Below, one piece after another: positions 1-10,558 of a DNA stretch of 64,000 nt (position 1 is the first letter of the stretch; the number at the start of each line of letters is the position of its first letter). This stretch comes from Staphylococcus phage vB_Sau_S24. The notes beneath the pieces were generated by a model, which was not told where the DNA came from, ran no database searches, and worked only from the letters and a program-made list of their open reading frames with translations. The position numbers and the translations under genes are program-made. The stretch lies in the sequence record KY794643.1. One strand, written 5' to 3'.

Positions 1-231
1 ATTAAATCTTATTAGTGAAGCACTTGATGTTAAAGAAACTTATCTATCTCTCAAGCAAAAAGGTAAGAAAGTAGAATCTATACTTCATACAGACCGAGTA
101 TATTATGTTCATAGAGGTAAGAAACTAATTGGTAAGTGTAGTATCAGAGAACAAAGAACTTTTAGAGGTAAACACTTAATATTTATATTCAAGACAAGAC
201 ATAGAGTTAAAGCAGAAAGGAAAGATAAGTA

Positions 232-1095
232 ATGTTAAAAGGATTTTCAGAACATGTAGATAAACCTACAACGATTAAGACCTTATATAAGACACTAACA
301 AGCGGTAAAGTAGAATTACTAGGTGTATCCTATGATAGTGATTATTTCCCTTCAGGTGTTACAGTACAAGCCTACATTGAAGATATAGGTAATGTAGATG
401 AAGGGATTCAGTTTGTTAATAAAGTAAACGTAGTGGAATCAATGAAACAAGCTGTAGTAGGAATGAATAATCAGTTAGGTTCTTCAGGTCTTGGGTATGT
501 TAGAACTGAACAACTTAAAAAAGAACTAGAAGAAACAGGATTAATGACAGATTTACTAGCTAGAGGTACTAACTTAACTTCTACTAAGAAAGTAGATATT
601 GTAAGTACATTCATAGAACCTACTGTAACTTACCAAGATATTACAATAGCTAAAGATATTAAATTACGTTTATATAAATTAGAAGAGGAATCACCATTAA
701 ATAGGTATACTCATATTGTATATTTACTTACTACAGAAAAATTATATGATGGTCAAACACTATTTGGTATGTTATCTAAGAAAGATAAGTTATCTAAGGG
801 TGATACAGAGAAGTTATTAGCATTCTTCAGAAATAATAGTTTAATAAGTAAAAGTGTATTTTGTGTTAAGTTATTAAGTAAAGACTATCACTTCAATTTG
901 TATAATACACATGAGACAGGTATATTCTTTTTAGAAGATACAGATATTATTACAGTTGCTTGTGGTCAATCATATGTTAAAGTTAACACTAAAGACATTA
1001 AGTCTAGTCATGTTAAAATTGAAAATGATACTAAGAAATTAACTGAGATAGTAATTAACTTAAAAGGTGAAGATACATTAACTATTTTATTATAA
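232..1095 (+). CDS. hypothetical protein (287 aa)
   Basis: Long ORF preceded by RBS aaaggaaag; no recognisable motif. Confidence 0.5.
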   Translation: MLKGFSEHVDKPTTIKTLYKTLTSGKVELLGVSYDSDYFPSGVTVQAYIEDIGNVDEGIQFVNKVNVVESMKQAVVGMNNQLGSSGLGYVRTEQLKKELEETGLMTDLLARGTNLTSTKKVDIVSTFIEPTVTYQDITIAKDIKLRLYKLEEESPLNRYTHIVYLLTTEKLYDGQTLFGMLSKKDKLSKGDTEKLLAFFRNNSLISKSVFCVKLLSKDYHFNLYNTHETGIFFLEDTDIITVACGQSYVKVNTKDIKSSHVKIENDTKKLTEIVINLKGEDTLTILL

Positions 1096-1453
1096 ATATG
1101 TAGTAATTAGGTATAAATATACGGTATATAAGAGGTTTTCATAATGTTTTTAATACAGAAGCTAGTTAGGTTTTTTCTACTTACTCTAGTTTCTGTGAAA
1201 TTATATTTATGAAAAGTTAAAATATCTTTTAGGTAAAGGCTTCGTAATTAGTTAAAAAATATATTAAAATTTTATACAAAGTAGTTAATAAAATTATATT
1301 ACATTTATATATTATGAAATTATAACAGAAATTATGATATATTATATAGTGTAACCCTGAAACAGTTGATGTGGTAAGGTTTGTTTATGTTCATTAAACT
1401 GGTTTCAGAAAACCAGTTACCATAAATAAATGACAGTTAAGGAGAGCTATATA

Positions 1454-2185
1454 ATGGCTAGAAAAAAGAATTTACGAAATAAAAACAGTGATATAAAAGT
1501 TGTTCCTGATAAAGAAAAAGAGAGTATATTATCTAAACTATATCATAATAAATTACTACGCTCAAAGGTAGATAATGCATTAGATGAGGATATGAGTTAT
1601 GATGATATTATAGAACTATGTAAAGAATATGATTTAGAGTTGTCTAAATCAGCTATTACAAGATATAAGAGTAAAAGAAAAGAAGCTATTGAAAACGGTT
1701 GGGATTTAGGAGAGTTAATTGATAAACGTAAGAAAACAAGTGTAAAAGATATTAAGGAAAAAGAAACTCCTATATTAGAAGAGGAGCAACTTTCTCCATT
1801 TGAGCAATCAAAACATCATACACAAACAATTTATGATGATATTCAAGTGTTAGATATGATTATTTCTAAAGGTGCAAAAGGGTTAGAATTTGTGGAAACT
1901 TTAGACCCTGCTTTAATGATACGTGCAATGGAAACAAAAGATAAGATTACCGGAAACCAATTAAAAGGTATGTCATTTATTGGACTTAGAGAGTTACAAT
2001 TAAAACAAACAGCTCAAGATACAGCTATGAGTGAAGTATTATTAGAATTTATACCCGAAGAGAAACACGAAGAGGTATTACAACGATTAGAAGAACTACA
2101 AAATGAATTCTACAAAAACCTAGATTTAGATGAGGAAAGTAGAAAATTAAAAGAAGCTCTTGATAGAGTAGGCTATACAATTTAG
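1454..2185 (+). CDS. hypothetical charged protein; start moved to the ATG after RBS aaggagag
   Basis: ORF track 1430..2185; RBS-proximal ATG at 1454. Confidence 0.5.
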   Translation: MARKKNLRNKNSDIKVVPDKEKESILSKLYHNKLLRSKVDNALDEDMSYDDIIELCKEYDLELSKSAITRYKSKRKEAIENGWDLGELIDKRKKTSVKDIKEKETPILEEEQLSPFEQSKHHTQTIYDDIQVLDMIISKGAKGLEFVETLDPALMIRAMETKDKITGNQLKGMSFIGLRELQLKQTAQDTAMSEVLLEFIPEEKHEEVLQRLEELQNEFYKNLDLDEESRKLKEALDRVGYTI

Positions 2186-2202
2186 ATAGTGAGGTTAGAG
2201 TA

Positions 2203-2661
2203 ATGGCAGATGAGATTAGTTTAAATCCAATACAAGATGCTAAGCCAATTGATGATATAGTAGAGATTATGACATATTTAAAAGACGGAAGAGTACTGAG
2301 AGTTAAGCAAGACAACCAAGGGGATATCCTTGTTAGAATGAGCCCAGGGAAACATAAGTTTACTGAAGTATCTAGAGACCTAGATAAAGAGTCATTCTAC
2401 TATAAAAGGCATTGGGTTCTATATAATGTATCTGTTAACTCTCTTATAACATTTGATGTTTACCTAGATGAAGAATACTCAGAAACAACTAAGGTTAAGT
2501 ATCCTAAAGATACTATTGTAGAATATACAAGAGAAGACCAAGAAAAAGATGTTGCTATGATTAAAGAAATACTTACAGATAATAATGGTAATTATTTCTA
2601 TGCACTTACAGGAGAAACAATGCTCTTTGATGAAAATAAATTAAATAAAATTAAAGATTAA
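2203..2661 (+). CDS. hypothetical protein (152 aa)
   Basis: ORF with RBS gaggttagag. Confidence 0.5.
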   Translation: MADEISLNPIQDAKPIDDIVEIMTYLKDGRVLRVKQDNQGDILVRMSPGKHKFTEVSRDLDKESFYYKRHWVLYNVSVNSLITFDVYLDEEYSETTKVKYPKDTIVEYTREDQEKDVAMIKEILTDNNGNYFYALTGETMLFDENKLNKIKD

Positions 2662-2725
2662 GGTTGACAGTTCTTAAAGTATATGATATAGTATATGTAT
2701 ACTAAAAATAAAGGAGCTAACAATT

Positions 2726-3169
2726 ATGTTTATTTCATTAAATCAAGAAGAGAAAGCATTATTAACTAAAGAGGAAAGCAAGTACACACCACTAGAAACA
2801 TCAAGAGAGTTTAACACACCTAAGGAAGAATTCATTGTAACAAGTTATAATGAAGGTAAACCTTTAGATTACATTGCAAAAGAAGCTAAAGTAAGTATGG
2901 GATTAATTTACACAGTCTTAAACTACTATAAAGTAGGTAAACGTAACAAGAAATCACCTGTAGAAGAAAAAATTGCACACATCTTAAAGGATAAAGACTT
3001 AGTTAAAGAGATTATCAAAGATTACCAGTATATGAATTTACAGGACATTTATAGTAAGTATAATCTTCATAAGAATGGTTTATATTACATCTTAGATTTA
3101 TACCATGTAGAAAGAAAATCTGAACTTAAGGACAAAGCATTAGAAGAAGATAATATTGTCGTTGAGTAA
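2726..3169 (+). CDS. putative DNA-binding protein with two HTH-like segments
   Basis: RBS aaaggagc; helix-turn-helix-like stretches (…IAKEAKVSMGLIYTVLNYY…); upstream TTGACA-N17-TATAGT promoter at about 2672-2700. Confidence 0.4.
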   Translation: MFISLNQEEKALLTKEESKYTPLETSREFNTPKEEFIVTSYNEGKPLDYIAKEAKVSMGLIYTVLNYYKVGKRNKKSPVEEKIAHILKDKDLVKEIIKDYQYMNLQDIYSKYNLHKNGLYYILDLYHVERKSELKDKALEEDNIVVE

Positions 3170-3185
3170 GTAAAGAGGTTATAAT

Positions 3186-3890
3186 ATGAGAAATAAAAAA
3201 TCATTTCAAGAACAGTTAAATGACATGCGTAATAAAGAGAAATGGGTATCTGAAGAGGAGTTCACTGAAGAAGTGGCTCCTACTGAAGAGCCTGAAGTAG
3301 AAGAAGGAAAACTATACACTTTAGATGAGCTAAAAGAAAACTTATTAGATGCTCAAGGATTAAAAGATGTTGTAGATAATTTTCCTGCATCTAAACCAAT
3401 ATACGAGACTAATAAGCTTTATATTTGTACAATACCAAAAGGGTATCGTTCTAAAGAGGTACAACCAGGTCAATACATTGGTATCAGTATAGGATTATTA
3501 TCAGAGTCAGAAGAATTTGACCATTTAAGAGGTCAAATGCCTAGAAATCTTTATGAAACTTCTCATGTTTTAAAACCTTTAGTCCGTATTAATAATACAA
3601 GTATCGAATACCAACAACATGAGTTACTTGAAGATATTAAAGATGATAAGAAAGTATATGATGCTGAATTAGAAGAACTGAGATTAGTAACCGGAGAAGA
3701 AATTTCTTATTTAGAGATTGTTGATAGTAAGTTTTTTGAAAGTCGTATTAATGAAGTCCTTGATTTTTACCATGAACTAACGGATTCCGATAATTTAATT
3801 AAGTATTATAGCAAATTACGAGAGTTAGTCGGAAATGATAGAATGATTTATTGTCCGCTTTTAAATAAATGTGTTAAAATTATAGAATAG
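3186..3890 (+). CDS. hypothetical acidic protein (234 aa)
   Basis: ORF with RBS aagaggtt. Confidence 0.5.
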   Translation: MRNKKSFQEQLNDMRNKEKWVSEEEFTEEVAPTEEPEVEEGKLYTLDELKENLLDAQGLKDVVDNFPASKPIYETNKLYICTIPKGYRSKEVQPGQYIGISIGLLSESEEFDHLRGQMPRNLYETSHVLKPLVRINNTSIEYQQHELLEDIKDDKKVYDAELEELRLVTGEEISYLEIVDSKFFESRINEVLDFYHELTDSDNLIKYYSKLRELVGNDRMIYCPLLNKCVKIIE

Positions 3891-3950
3891 TAACTAGTCT
3901 CCTCTTATATTAGAACTGTAAGAGGAGACATTTTTGTAGAGGTGTTAATT

Positions 3951-4349
3951 ATGTCAAAAAAAGCAAGTGTATTTTATATACTGGTGGTTATTGTTTTGGC
4001 TTTTTCTATCTCATCTTATTATATATCATCTTTCATGTATCACGACAAAACAAAAAACCAAGTCTCTACTGAGTTATCAAACACAGGAGAGATTAAAGAA
4101 GAAAAGAACGTAGAATTTGTTAGTGACTATACATTGAAAGAGGTTAAGGATAATAAGGCTTATTTTATGGAAACATTACCTACGTACCTTCCAGGTAGAA
4201 CAGGAGATAACAGCATAGATATGAGGTACTACAAAACAAGTAGATTTAAAGAAGGGGTAAATTTCAAGCTTATTAGGGTATATACTGAAGATGGGGAAGA
4301 TAATCCAATTCATAAGTATAGGTTTGAGGCAGTACCAACCGAAAAGTAA
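3951..4349 (+). CDS. membrane protein (N-terminal TM)
   Basis: Hydrophobic N-terminus; RBS agaggtg. Confidence 0.5.
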   Translation: MSKKASVFYILVVIVLAFSISSYYISSFMYHDKTKNQVSTELSNTGEIKEEKNVEFVSDYTLKEVKDNKAYFMETLPTYLPGRTGDNSIDMRYYKTSRFKEGVNFKLIRVYTEDGEDNPIHKYRFEAVPTEK

Positions 4350-4495
4350 TAGGGGGTGACTAAAAATGACAGTACTTATTGTTGTCATCTTTATTGCTAT
4401 CATTTATTACTTATGGAACAGTGATTGAGTCAAGTTAATTCTTGACTCTCTTTTTGTTTTATGGTATATTAATATATAGGAAGGAGAGATTAACT

Positions 4496-4738
4496 ATGGA
4501 AATGGCAGATTTAGAAAGATTTGATGCATTTGTAAGACTAATTTCAGATGATGAGCTTTCGGAGGAGAGAATACTAGAGCTAAGCGTAGATTTACTAAAT
4601 CCGATACTAGAAGGAGGTACAGCTTACAAAGCTAAAAAACGTATTCAAAGTAAATTTGGTAAGTTAGAAGCAAAAAACTTCAAAAGAAATTATAAGTTCT
4701 TACTTAAGTCGATAGCTCAAATAGACCAAAGGAGATAG
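4496..4738 (+). CDS. hypothetical small protein; start moved to the RBS-proximal ATG
   Basis: RBS ggaaggagag; promoter TTGACT-N17-TATATT at about 4438-4470. Confidence 0.4.
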   Translation: MEMADLERFDAFVRLISDDELSEERILELSVDLLNPILEGGTAYKAKKRIQSKFGKLEAKNFKRNYKFLLKSIAQIDQRR

Positions 4739-4742
4739 GACA

Positions 4743-5300
4743 ATGACAGAAAGGGAAAAATTAGTTAAAGATATTGATGAGGCTAATAGAGATATTCAAA
4801 TCAGGTTAAAAGAAGTAGACGATTATAAGGATATTATACGCTCTAAGGGGACACGTAATTATGTATCTACAAAAGTATTAGATTCAATTATGGTAGGGTT
4901 AATTATAAGTTTCTTTATTCTTGTGATTCTACGTGTTATTGAGTATCTTGTAACAGGTAATGCTGTTTACTCACCTTTAGCACCTGCAGTTATTATTATG
5001 TTTGTTTTAGCACTAGGAACTTGGAAAGTAAGTAAGATGAATAAAATAGTATCTTACAGGGGAAGTATAAAGATATATTGGGAGCTAAGTAATGCTGAGC
5101 AGAAACAAGCTGAGATATTTAAGTATCCGGATGATGAGGTAGATATAGTAGCAAAGCATAAGTTGAGACAAATTACTTTCAGTGAGATAAATATACTTCA
5201 CTTTAAATATATGAAGTATAATAAGGCAGTAGAGAACCACACTAAATTATCTAAAGAACTTTTTAAAAAAGATAAAGAAACTGTTGACAAGAACAAATAA
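4743..5300 (+). CDS. membrane protein (2 TM)
   Basis: Two hydrophobic helices; RBS ggagatagg. Confidence 0.5.
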   Translation: MTEREKLVKDIDEANRDIQIRLKEVDDYKDIIRSKGTRNYVSTKVLDSIMVGLIISFFILVILRVIEYLVTGNAVYSPLAPAVIIMFVLALGTWKVSKMNKIVSYRGSIKIYWELSNAEQKQAEIFKYPDDEVDIVAKHKLRQITFSEINILHFKYMKYNKAVENHTKLSKELFKKDKETVDKNK

Positions 5301-5501
5301 GTGTAGTATAGTATTACTAAAGAAGGAGAGATATTATGGTTATACCTAGTATTAAAGCACAAAACAAATTCAAGAATGAGTTAGAGTATTATAAGCAGGG
5401 TCACATTAGTGAAAGTGAAATGTTAGAATTAGCTTTTGATTACATCCAAGAATTAGAACAAAATAATGAATACGTTACAAATATGTTAGAAGAGGAGAGA
5501 T

Positions 5502-5753
5502 ATGGTGAGTAAATTTATTGGAGTGTACTTATTTAATTTATTAGTAGTAGCATTAATTTATACAGTAGGGTTTTTATTCTTTTATGGTGTATCTAGTTTA
5601 GTTATTCTTATAACACATGCTACGATTGACCCGTTTGTATTAGCTACTTTCTTAGGGATAGGATTCTTGGTTATTAGAACAGCACACAGAATTATGGTAC
5701 GAGTAGTAAATGACGCAGTAGCCCAAGCCATTAAGGATAAAGAAAATGAATAA
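5502..5753 (+). CDS. small membrane protein
   Basis: Hydrophobic 83-aa ORF. Confidence 0.45.
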   Translation: MVSKFIGVYLFNLLVVALIYTVGFLFFYGVSSLVILITHATIDPFVLATFLGIGFLVIRTAHRIMVRVVNDAVAQAIKDKENE

Positions 5754-5766
5754 AGGGGAATTTATT

Positions 5767-5979
5767 ATGGATAAAACATTACCAAAGTTTAGTGTATATG
5801 AAGTTATTGTAAAGACTGTAATTATGACACCTACAGAAGGAAGTTCTAACCGAGAATCATTTTACTTTTCAACCCAACAGTTAGCAGAAAGATTTGTTAA
5901 GGAAAATCAAGCGGAAACAAAAGACGGAAAGCGTGTATCTTTTTCTATTAAAGAACGTAAAGTCAATCAACCGAGCTAA
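5767..5979 (+). CDS. hypothetical small protein
   Basis: RBS aaagggg. Confidence 0.4.
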   Translation: MDKTLPKFSVYEVIVKTVIMTPTEGSSNRESFYFSTQQLAERFVKENQAETKDGKRVSFSIKERKVNQPS

Positions 5980-6059
5980 CATTAATTTGTTAGCTTTTTT
6001 TATTGACAAATCGTTTTATATAGTGTATAGTAATATTATACAGAAAAGGAGGAACTATT

Positions 6060-6704
6060 ATGAAAGTTTCAGAAGAAGTAAAACAGAGTTACTTAGAGAA
6101 TAAATCTAATACTAAGATGGATAAGATAAGTTGGTCTGAGTTAAGGTCTAGTCCTGCAGGTAGAACATTAGGAGAATTAATATACCTTAGTGTAGTCGTA
6201 ATAAATAATATCATAGCTATAGGATTAACATTAACTCTAGGAGACATTATCAAAGACTCAATTGACAGCACTCTAGCTCAAATAATTGTAGGGATGTTCC
6301 TAATCATTACTGTATATGGTATACTATCAGCTTTAATACCTATACTCATATTTAAATCTGTATTTCCTGGTTGGGAATACACTGAATGGAATAATTCTTA
6401 TTATTTGAGATTACCTGGAGAAAAAGATTATAAGTACTATAGCTACTGGTATTTAAATTTATTAGGTGTTACTGAGTTTTATCGGACAAATGATGAAGGT
6501 AAAGAAATTAAAGAAACTAGTTTAAGTTGGGTTTTTTATACTAAGGTTGATAGACCTGAGGATATTAACCATTGGAAAAATCAATTAATAACTAACAGAC
6601 CCTTAACAATTTCCGAGTACAAAAAACTAAAGAAAATAGATAAAGAAAGTGAAATTAGAAAGCAAGAAGATTTAGAAGAGTATCAAAGATACAATAATTT
6701 ATAG
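6060..6704 (+). CDS. membrane protein (214 aa)
   Basis: RBS aaaggagg; TM segments; promoter TTGACA-N17-TATAGT at about 6003-6031. Confidence 0.5.
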   Translation: MKVSEEVKQSYLENKSNTKMDKISWSELRSSPAGRTLGELIYLSVVVINNIIAIGLTLTLGDIIKDSIDSTLAQIIVGMFLIITVYGILSALIPILIFKSVFPGWEYTEWNNSYYLRLPGEKDYKYYSYWYLNLLGVTEFYRTNDEGKEIKETSLSWVFYTKVDRPEDINHWKNQLITNRPLTISEYKKLKKIDKESEIRKQEDLEEYQRYNNL

Positions 6705-6718
6705 GAGGTGAGAAACCA

Positions 6719-6967
6719 ATGATAAGTTCATTTGATAGTGTATTACTTGTAATATACATTATTATAGCTTTTGCAGTAGCTATGGCAATACTTTATTTAG
6801 TATTTAAAGGTATGGCTATCCTACTAGATAAACTAATGATGTTATTATTAAGTAAAACTACTCTAGATGTAAAAGCTTGCTCTGTAATAGTGTCAGGTAT
6901 CATTACAATTGTGTTTGGTATTATTGTACTTTTAATAGGGCTAGTGGTAAACAATATTTTATTGTAA
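6719..6967 (+). CDS. small membrane protein
   Basis: Highly hydrophobic 82 aa; RBS taggaggtg. Confidence 0.5.
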   Translation: MISSFDSVLLVIYIIIAFAVAMAILYLVFKGMAILLDKLMMLLLSKTTLDVKACSVIVSGIITIVFGIIVLLIGLVVNNILL

Positions 6968-7147
6968 GGAGATTTACTATGGATTTTAATGATTTTATAA
7001 ACAGTGAATCTGATAGAGTAGGAAAACCTAAACAAAAAAAGAAGGTAGAAAAACAACTACCTTCTTCTACTCCTATCGAAGAAAAGGAAGAAATGTTAAA
7101 AAGAATAAGAGAGAAATCATTATATATTGATTTAAGGAGAAAAAGAA

Positions 7148-7444
7148 ATGACTAAGGGAACAAATGTACTTTACAAAGATAAGTATAGAGGTTATACTAT
7201 AGTTGTGAGACTAGCAGGTAATATTATTGTTACTGAAGTAGATAAGAAAAATAAAACAAAATTCTCACCTATTATATTTGATAATGGTCGAGAAGGTGTA
7301 GAACTTGTAATGCGTGTAGGTTCAGAAGAGCTTGGTATGGAAGAACTTAGAGAGTTTACTAAAGAAGTATCAACAGCTCAAAAAGCTTTAGAATATTTTA
7401 ATAAAAAACTTTACATTAAAGGCTTGACAGATGGAGAATTTTAG
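7148..7444 (+). CDS. hypothetical protein
   Basis: ORF with RBS aaggagaaaaag. Confidence 0.45.
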   Translation: MTKGTNVLYKDKYRGYTIVVRLAGNIIVTEVDKKNKTKFSPIIFDNGREGVELVMRVGSEELGMEELREFTKEVSTAQKALEYFNKKLYIKGLTDGEF

Positions 7445-7482
7445 TATATACTAAGAGTATAAATAAAAAAAAGAAAAGAGGA

Positions 7483-7674
7483 ATGATTATTATGTTATTA
7501 GGAATTTTATGGTTTATATGGGGATTTGTATCTTATTTTGTAGTGATGCTTGGGATTGAATTTTATAAAGATAGATGGACACTAGGAGTTATTGGAGCAG
7601 GAGCAGTACTGATATTCTTATTTTGGGTTATGAAGTCTATCCACAATGCTATGACAGTAGTATACTTGTATTAG
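7483..7674 (+). CDS. small membrane protein
   Basis: Hydrophobic; promoter TTGACA-N17-TATACT at about 7425-7453 overlapping the palindrome TATACTAAGAGTATA. Confidence 0.45.
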   Translation: MIIMLLGILWFIWGFVSYFVVMLGIEFYKDRWTLGVIGAGAVLIFLFWVMKSIHNAMTVVYLY

Positions 7675-7686
7675 GAGGTAATATAG

Positions 7687-8055
7687 ATGAATATATTAGT
7701 TATCCATTATGAAGACACAAATAAACGAGTTCTAAAAGAAACAATAAAAACAATACAAAACCAATTAAATGATGAACATGGTTTGGTTAAAATGACAGCA
7801 ACAAAACTTAGTAGAAAAGCTATAGAAGAGGATTTTAATGATTACAATATAGTTATTGCAGAAAATGACCCTGGTAGTTTTTACAACTATGGAGAGGCAG
7901 TAGAGGAAGCGGATTTTGTTATAGATATACCAATTTCATATTTAGATATACATGCAGGTGTAGAGTGGGATGTAGATAATCCTGTAGATATGTTAGATAG
8001 AAACCCTGATTTTATAGAAGCTATGGGTCAATTAAATGAGGACTTAATGTTATAA
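7687..8055 (+). CDS. paralog family A member (small acidic protein)
   Basis: N-terminal I-x-I-x-Y…LKxxI…L motif shared with ORFs at 11879, 16612 and 24297-26599. Confidence 0.5.
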   Translation: MNILVIHYEDTNKRVLKETIKTIQNQLNDEHGLVKMTATKLSRKAIEEDFNDYNIVIAENDPGSFYNYGEAVEEADFVIDIPISYLDIHAGVEWDVDNPVDMLDRNPDFIEAMGQLNEDLML

Positions 8056-8067
8056 GGAGGAAATAAA

Positions 8068-8415
8068 ATGTTAAATGAGAAACTAAAAAATTTAGAAGAT
8101 ACGAAAGTGTATATGATTAATAGTATTGCAAGTTTACTAAGTTCAAGTACAGGTAAGTTAAGTAAGGTATTTTTTGATGAAGGAGATATTAAAATTGTAA
8201 GTGGTGACATTAAAGCAGTAGAAGTTATTGATAACTTAGTTCATCCTCATTCAGGACGTTTACCTATTAAAACAACAGAACGTATTGCTCTTGGTAGATT
8301 AACAGATTCTTTACAGTTTGTTATTTCAGAAATAGAAGTGGTTAAAGACCAAATTACAGATGAGGAAAACCAAGCTTACATTGATTTTATGATGGAAGAT
8401 TGGGATTGGGACTAA
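8068..8415 (+). CDS. hypothetical protein
   Basis: RBS aaggaggaaat. Confidence 0.45.
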   Translation: MLNEKLKNLEDTKVYMINSIASLLSSSTGKLSKVFFDEGDIKIVSGDIKAVEVIDNLVHPHSGRLPIKTTERIALGRLTDSLQFVISEIEVVKDQITDEENQAYIDFMMEDWDWD

Positions 8416-8693
8416 CGCCTATGGACTTAATGACAATTGCTTCTGTTGCCTTTATAGCTGTCGTTATCATTGACTTACTCAATGATGATATGAGCTATAT
8501 ATTAACGGGTATTGCAATATTAATAAACATTTGGGCAGGTTTTTATGAATGGTACTTTTTACTACAAGCAGGTATGCTACTTTTCTTACTCTTAGCTAGA
8601 AAAGGTGAAGATGCCAAGGAATCTATAGTATACTCAGGTGCTTCGATATTATGTGTATTAGGTATGATAGTAAATCTTCTTGTATTTTCTTAA
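8400..8693 (+). CDS. membrane protein
   Basis: Hydrophobic 97 aa. Confidence 0.45.
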   Translation: MGLGLTPMDLMTIASVAFIAVVIIDLLNDDMSYILTGIAILINIWAGFYEWYFLLQAGMLLFLLLARKGEDAKESIVYSGASILCVLGMIVNLLVFS

Positions 8694-8761
8694 AATAAGT
8701 GTTGACACTTCTAAACTTTTGTATTATACTATAAGTATAACAAGTACAGGAGATGATTAAT

Positions 8762-9067
8762 ATGAGTAAAGAAACAATCAGAAGACAATTTTCAAATGCA
8801 ATTGAGATTATGACAACAACTAAGGAATGGTGGAATTTCTCTAAAAGTTTTAATACAAATAAAGAGTTTAAAATTAAAACTTTTAAAAATGACACACTGG
8901 TATTTGAAGTTAGAGAAGGTAATAGAAACTTAGGAAGCTTTGTAGTTTTCACATGTATTGACTTTGATTATGATAAACTTGAAGGTACTTCAACACAATA
9001 CATGATTAATTACTTTGCTAAGAAATTAACTAAAGATATGTTTAACTATCATAAGTTACAATTATAA
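8762..9067 (+). CDS. hypothetical protein
   Basis: RBS caggagatg; promoter TTGACA at about 8702. Confidence 0.45.
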   Translation: MSKETIRRQFSNAIEIMTTTKEWWNFSKSFNTNKEFKIKTFKNDTLVFEVREGNRNLGSFVVFTCIDFDYDKLEGTSTQYMINYFAKKLTKDMFNYHKLQL

Positions 9068-9081
9068 TTGGAGGTGGAAAG

Positions 9082-9432
9082 ATGAGAGAAGAGTTAAAAC
9101 CTTTTAATAGGAAGCAAGTTAATGTTAAAGGGTACTTAGATGATGTTAGGCACTCAAAGCGTAGAAGACATAAAGGTAATCAACATGGGTGTGTAAAAAT
9201 CACAGTTACTGATGTAAAGATTAACGGTATACCGATTGACCATGTTAATATTGAAGTAGGTATTTCATTCTACGAAAAGTTAAGAGAACTTAAAGGGAAA
9301 AGAATTCAATTTGTAGGTACTGTTTACAAGTATGTTAAACATGCTAGAGGACGTAAAGGTAGAATTAAGGGATTTTATAAAGAGGATTATAGTGTAACTT
9401 TAGATAAGAAGTTACAAAAGGAGGAAAAATAA
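9082..9432 (+). CDS. hypothetical basic protein (possible nucleic-acid binder)
   Basis: Lys/Arg-rich 116 aa; RBS ggaggtgg. Confidence 0.45.
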   Translation: MREELKPFNRKQVNVKGYLDDVRHSKRRRHKGNQHGCVKITVTDVKINGIPIDHVNIEVGISFYEKLRELKGKRIQFVGTVYKYVKHARGRKGRIKGFYKEDYSVTLDKKLQKEEK

Positions 9433-9836
9433 TGAATGAGTGGTATGCCTTATGTTACTATGATAAAGTAGGCAGGAAGAAAGTACCTAAGCAAGTAAGA
9501 GCACACAGAGATATCTCAGTATTAGAGGAATTAAAAGAGAGACTAGAAGAAAGAAATCCTGATATAGAGTACACTATAAAAACAACAAAAGAATTTGATA
9601 AGGAGAGATAGAAATGTTGACACCGGAACAATGGACTACTTTAAAAGAGCAACAAAAAAAATTAAGTAAAAAGAAGAAATAACTGTTGACAAATAAGTGT
9701 ACATAGGTTATACTTAAGTTAACAAATAAAGAGGGGGTATGACCTATGTTACTTATAATTTTTATGCTAGTAGTAATGTTTGTACTTGGATTTAAGAATG
9801 GATATAACTCAGAAGACTAAAAAAGGAGAGGTTATA

Positions 9837-10247
9837 ATGAAGTTAGAAGATAAAGTATTAGAGAGAATTGATTCTCTTGGAGGTAAGTTAGGTGATATTA
9901 GCCAACATGCTTGGGAAGCCTTAGTAAAGTACCAAGTTGTATACGGTATTGTAGACCTTATATCAGGTATTGTAATTATAGCATTATCTGTATTTTTATG
10001 GAAGGTATTTATTAACCAATACAAAAAGGTAAATGATATAGATAGAGACGATGATTATAGTTTACTATTTGAAGATTGTGAAGATTTATCAGGTATAGGT
10101 TTGTTTTATATAATAGTTACATCAATCATATCAGTAGGTGCATTTATTTACTTAATATATGGAATACCTATGGATATTCTAAGAATAATGAACCCTGAAG
10201 TATTTGCAGTAAAAGATTTAATCGAACAAGTTAAAGGAGGAAATTAA
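9837..10247 (+). CDS. membrane protein
   Basis: RBS aaaaggagagg; TM helices; promoter TTGACA at about 9676. Confidence 0.5.
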   Translation: MKLEDKVLERIDSLGGKLGDISQHAWEALVKYQVVYGIVDLISGIVIIALSVFLWKVFINQYKKVNDIDRDDDYSLLFEDCEDLSGIGLFYIIVTSIISVGAFIYLIYGIPMDILRIMNPEVFAVKDLIEQVKGGN

Positions 10248-10248
10248 T

Positions 10249-10542
10249 ATGAAACAAAGAGATTTTGAATTTGAAGAAGATTTTGTACTAGCATATGAGT
10301 GTGAGGATTGTAGGCATTATGAAGATTGGGGTCATGATGAAGAACCTGAAGAATGTAGTGAATGTGGAAGTAGTGACTTAATTAACAATACAAGTCATGA
10401 AGATACTGAGTGCGACATGTGTAAAGGGTACATTGATATGTGGCAAGATGGATATAGATATATGGGAGACAATAAAGAGTATCTTGAGAAAGAAGATTCA
10501 GGTTTAATTTGTGAAGATTGTTATGAGAAATTAGATATTTAA
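10249..10542 (+). CDS. acidic double zinc-ribbon protein (4 CxxC pairs)
   Basis: CEDC…CSEC…CDMC…CEDC pattern; RBS aaaggagg. Confidence 0.5.
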   Translation: MKQRDFEFEEDFVLAYECEDCRHYEDWGHDEEPEECSECGSSDLINNTSHEDTECDMCKGYIDMWQDGYRYMGDNKEYLEKEDSGLICEDCYEKLDI

Positions 10543-10558
10543 TAAGGAGGAAATTAAT

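Noticed and set aside
2049-2315. Minus-strand ORF overlapping the ends of 1454..2185 and 2203..2661
   Set aside because: Antisense to well-supported plus-strand genes with RBSs; low-complexity translation typical of AT-rich antisense frames.
5894-6103. Plus-strand ORF spanning an intergenic region
   Set aside because: It covers a terminator and a TTGACA-N17-TATAGT promoter and overlaps the RBS and start of the 6060 gene; spurious.
6089-7056. Minus-strand ORFs 6089..6271 and 6793..7056; also 4176..4403, 8028..8210, 8623..8952, 9809..10024, 10382..10579, 12054..12248, 12623..13003, 13437..13703, 15197..15412
   Set aside because: All are antisense overlaps within a uniformly plus-strand, RBS-supported gene block; no RBS or promoter of their own.
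6877-7155. Track ORF starting MLCNSVRYH
   Set aside because: The N-terminal part overlaps the 6719 gene in another frame. The likely real gene is the RBS-preceded 58-aa ORF at about 6980..7155; not listed separately because it is under 60 aa.
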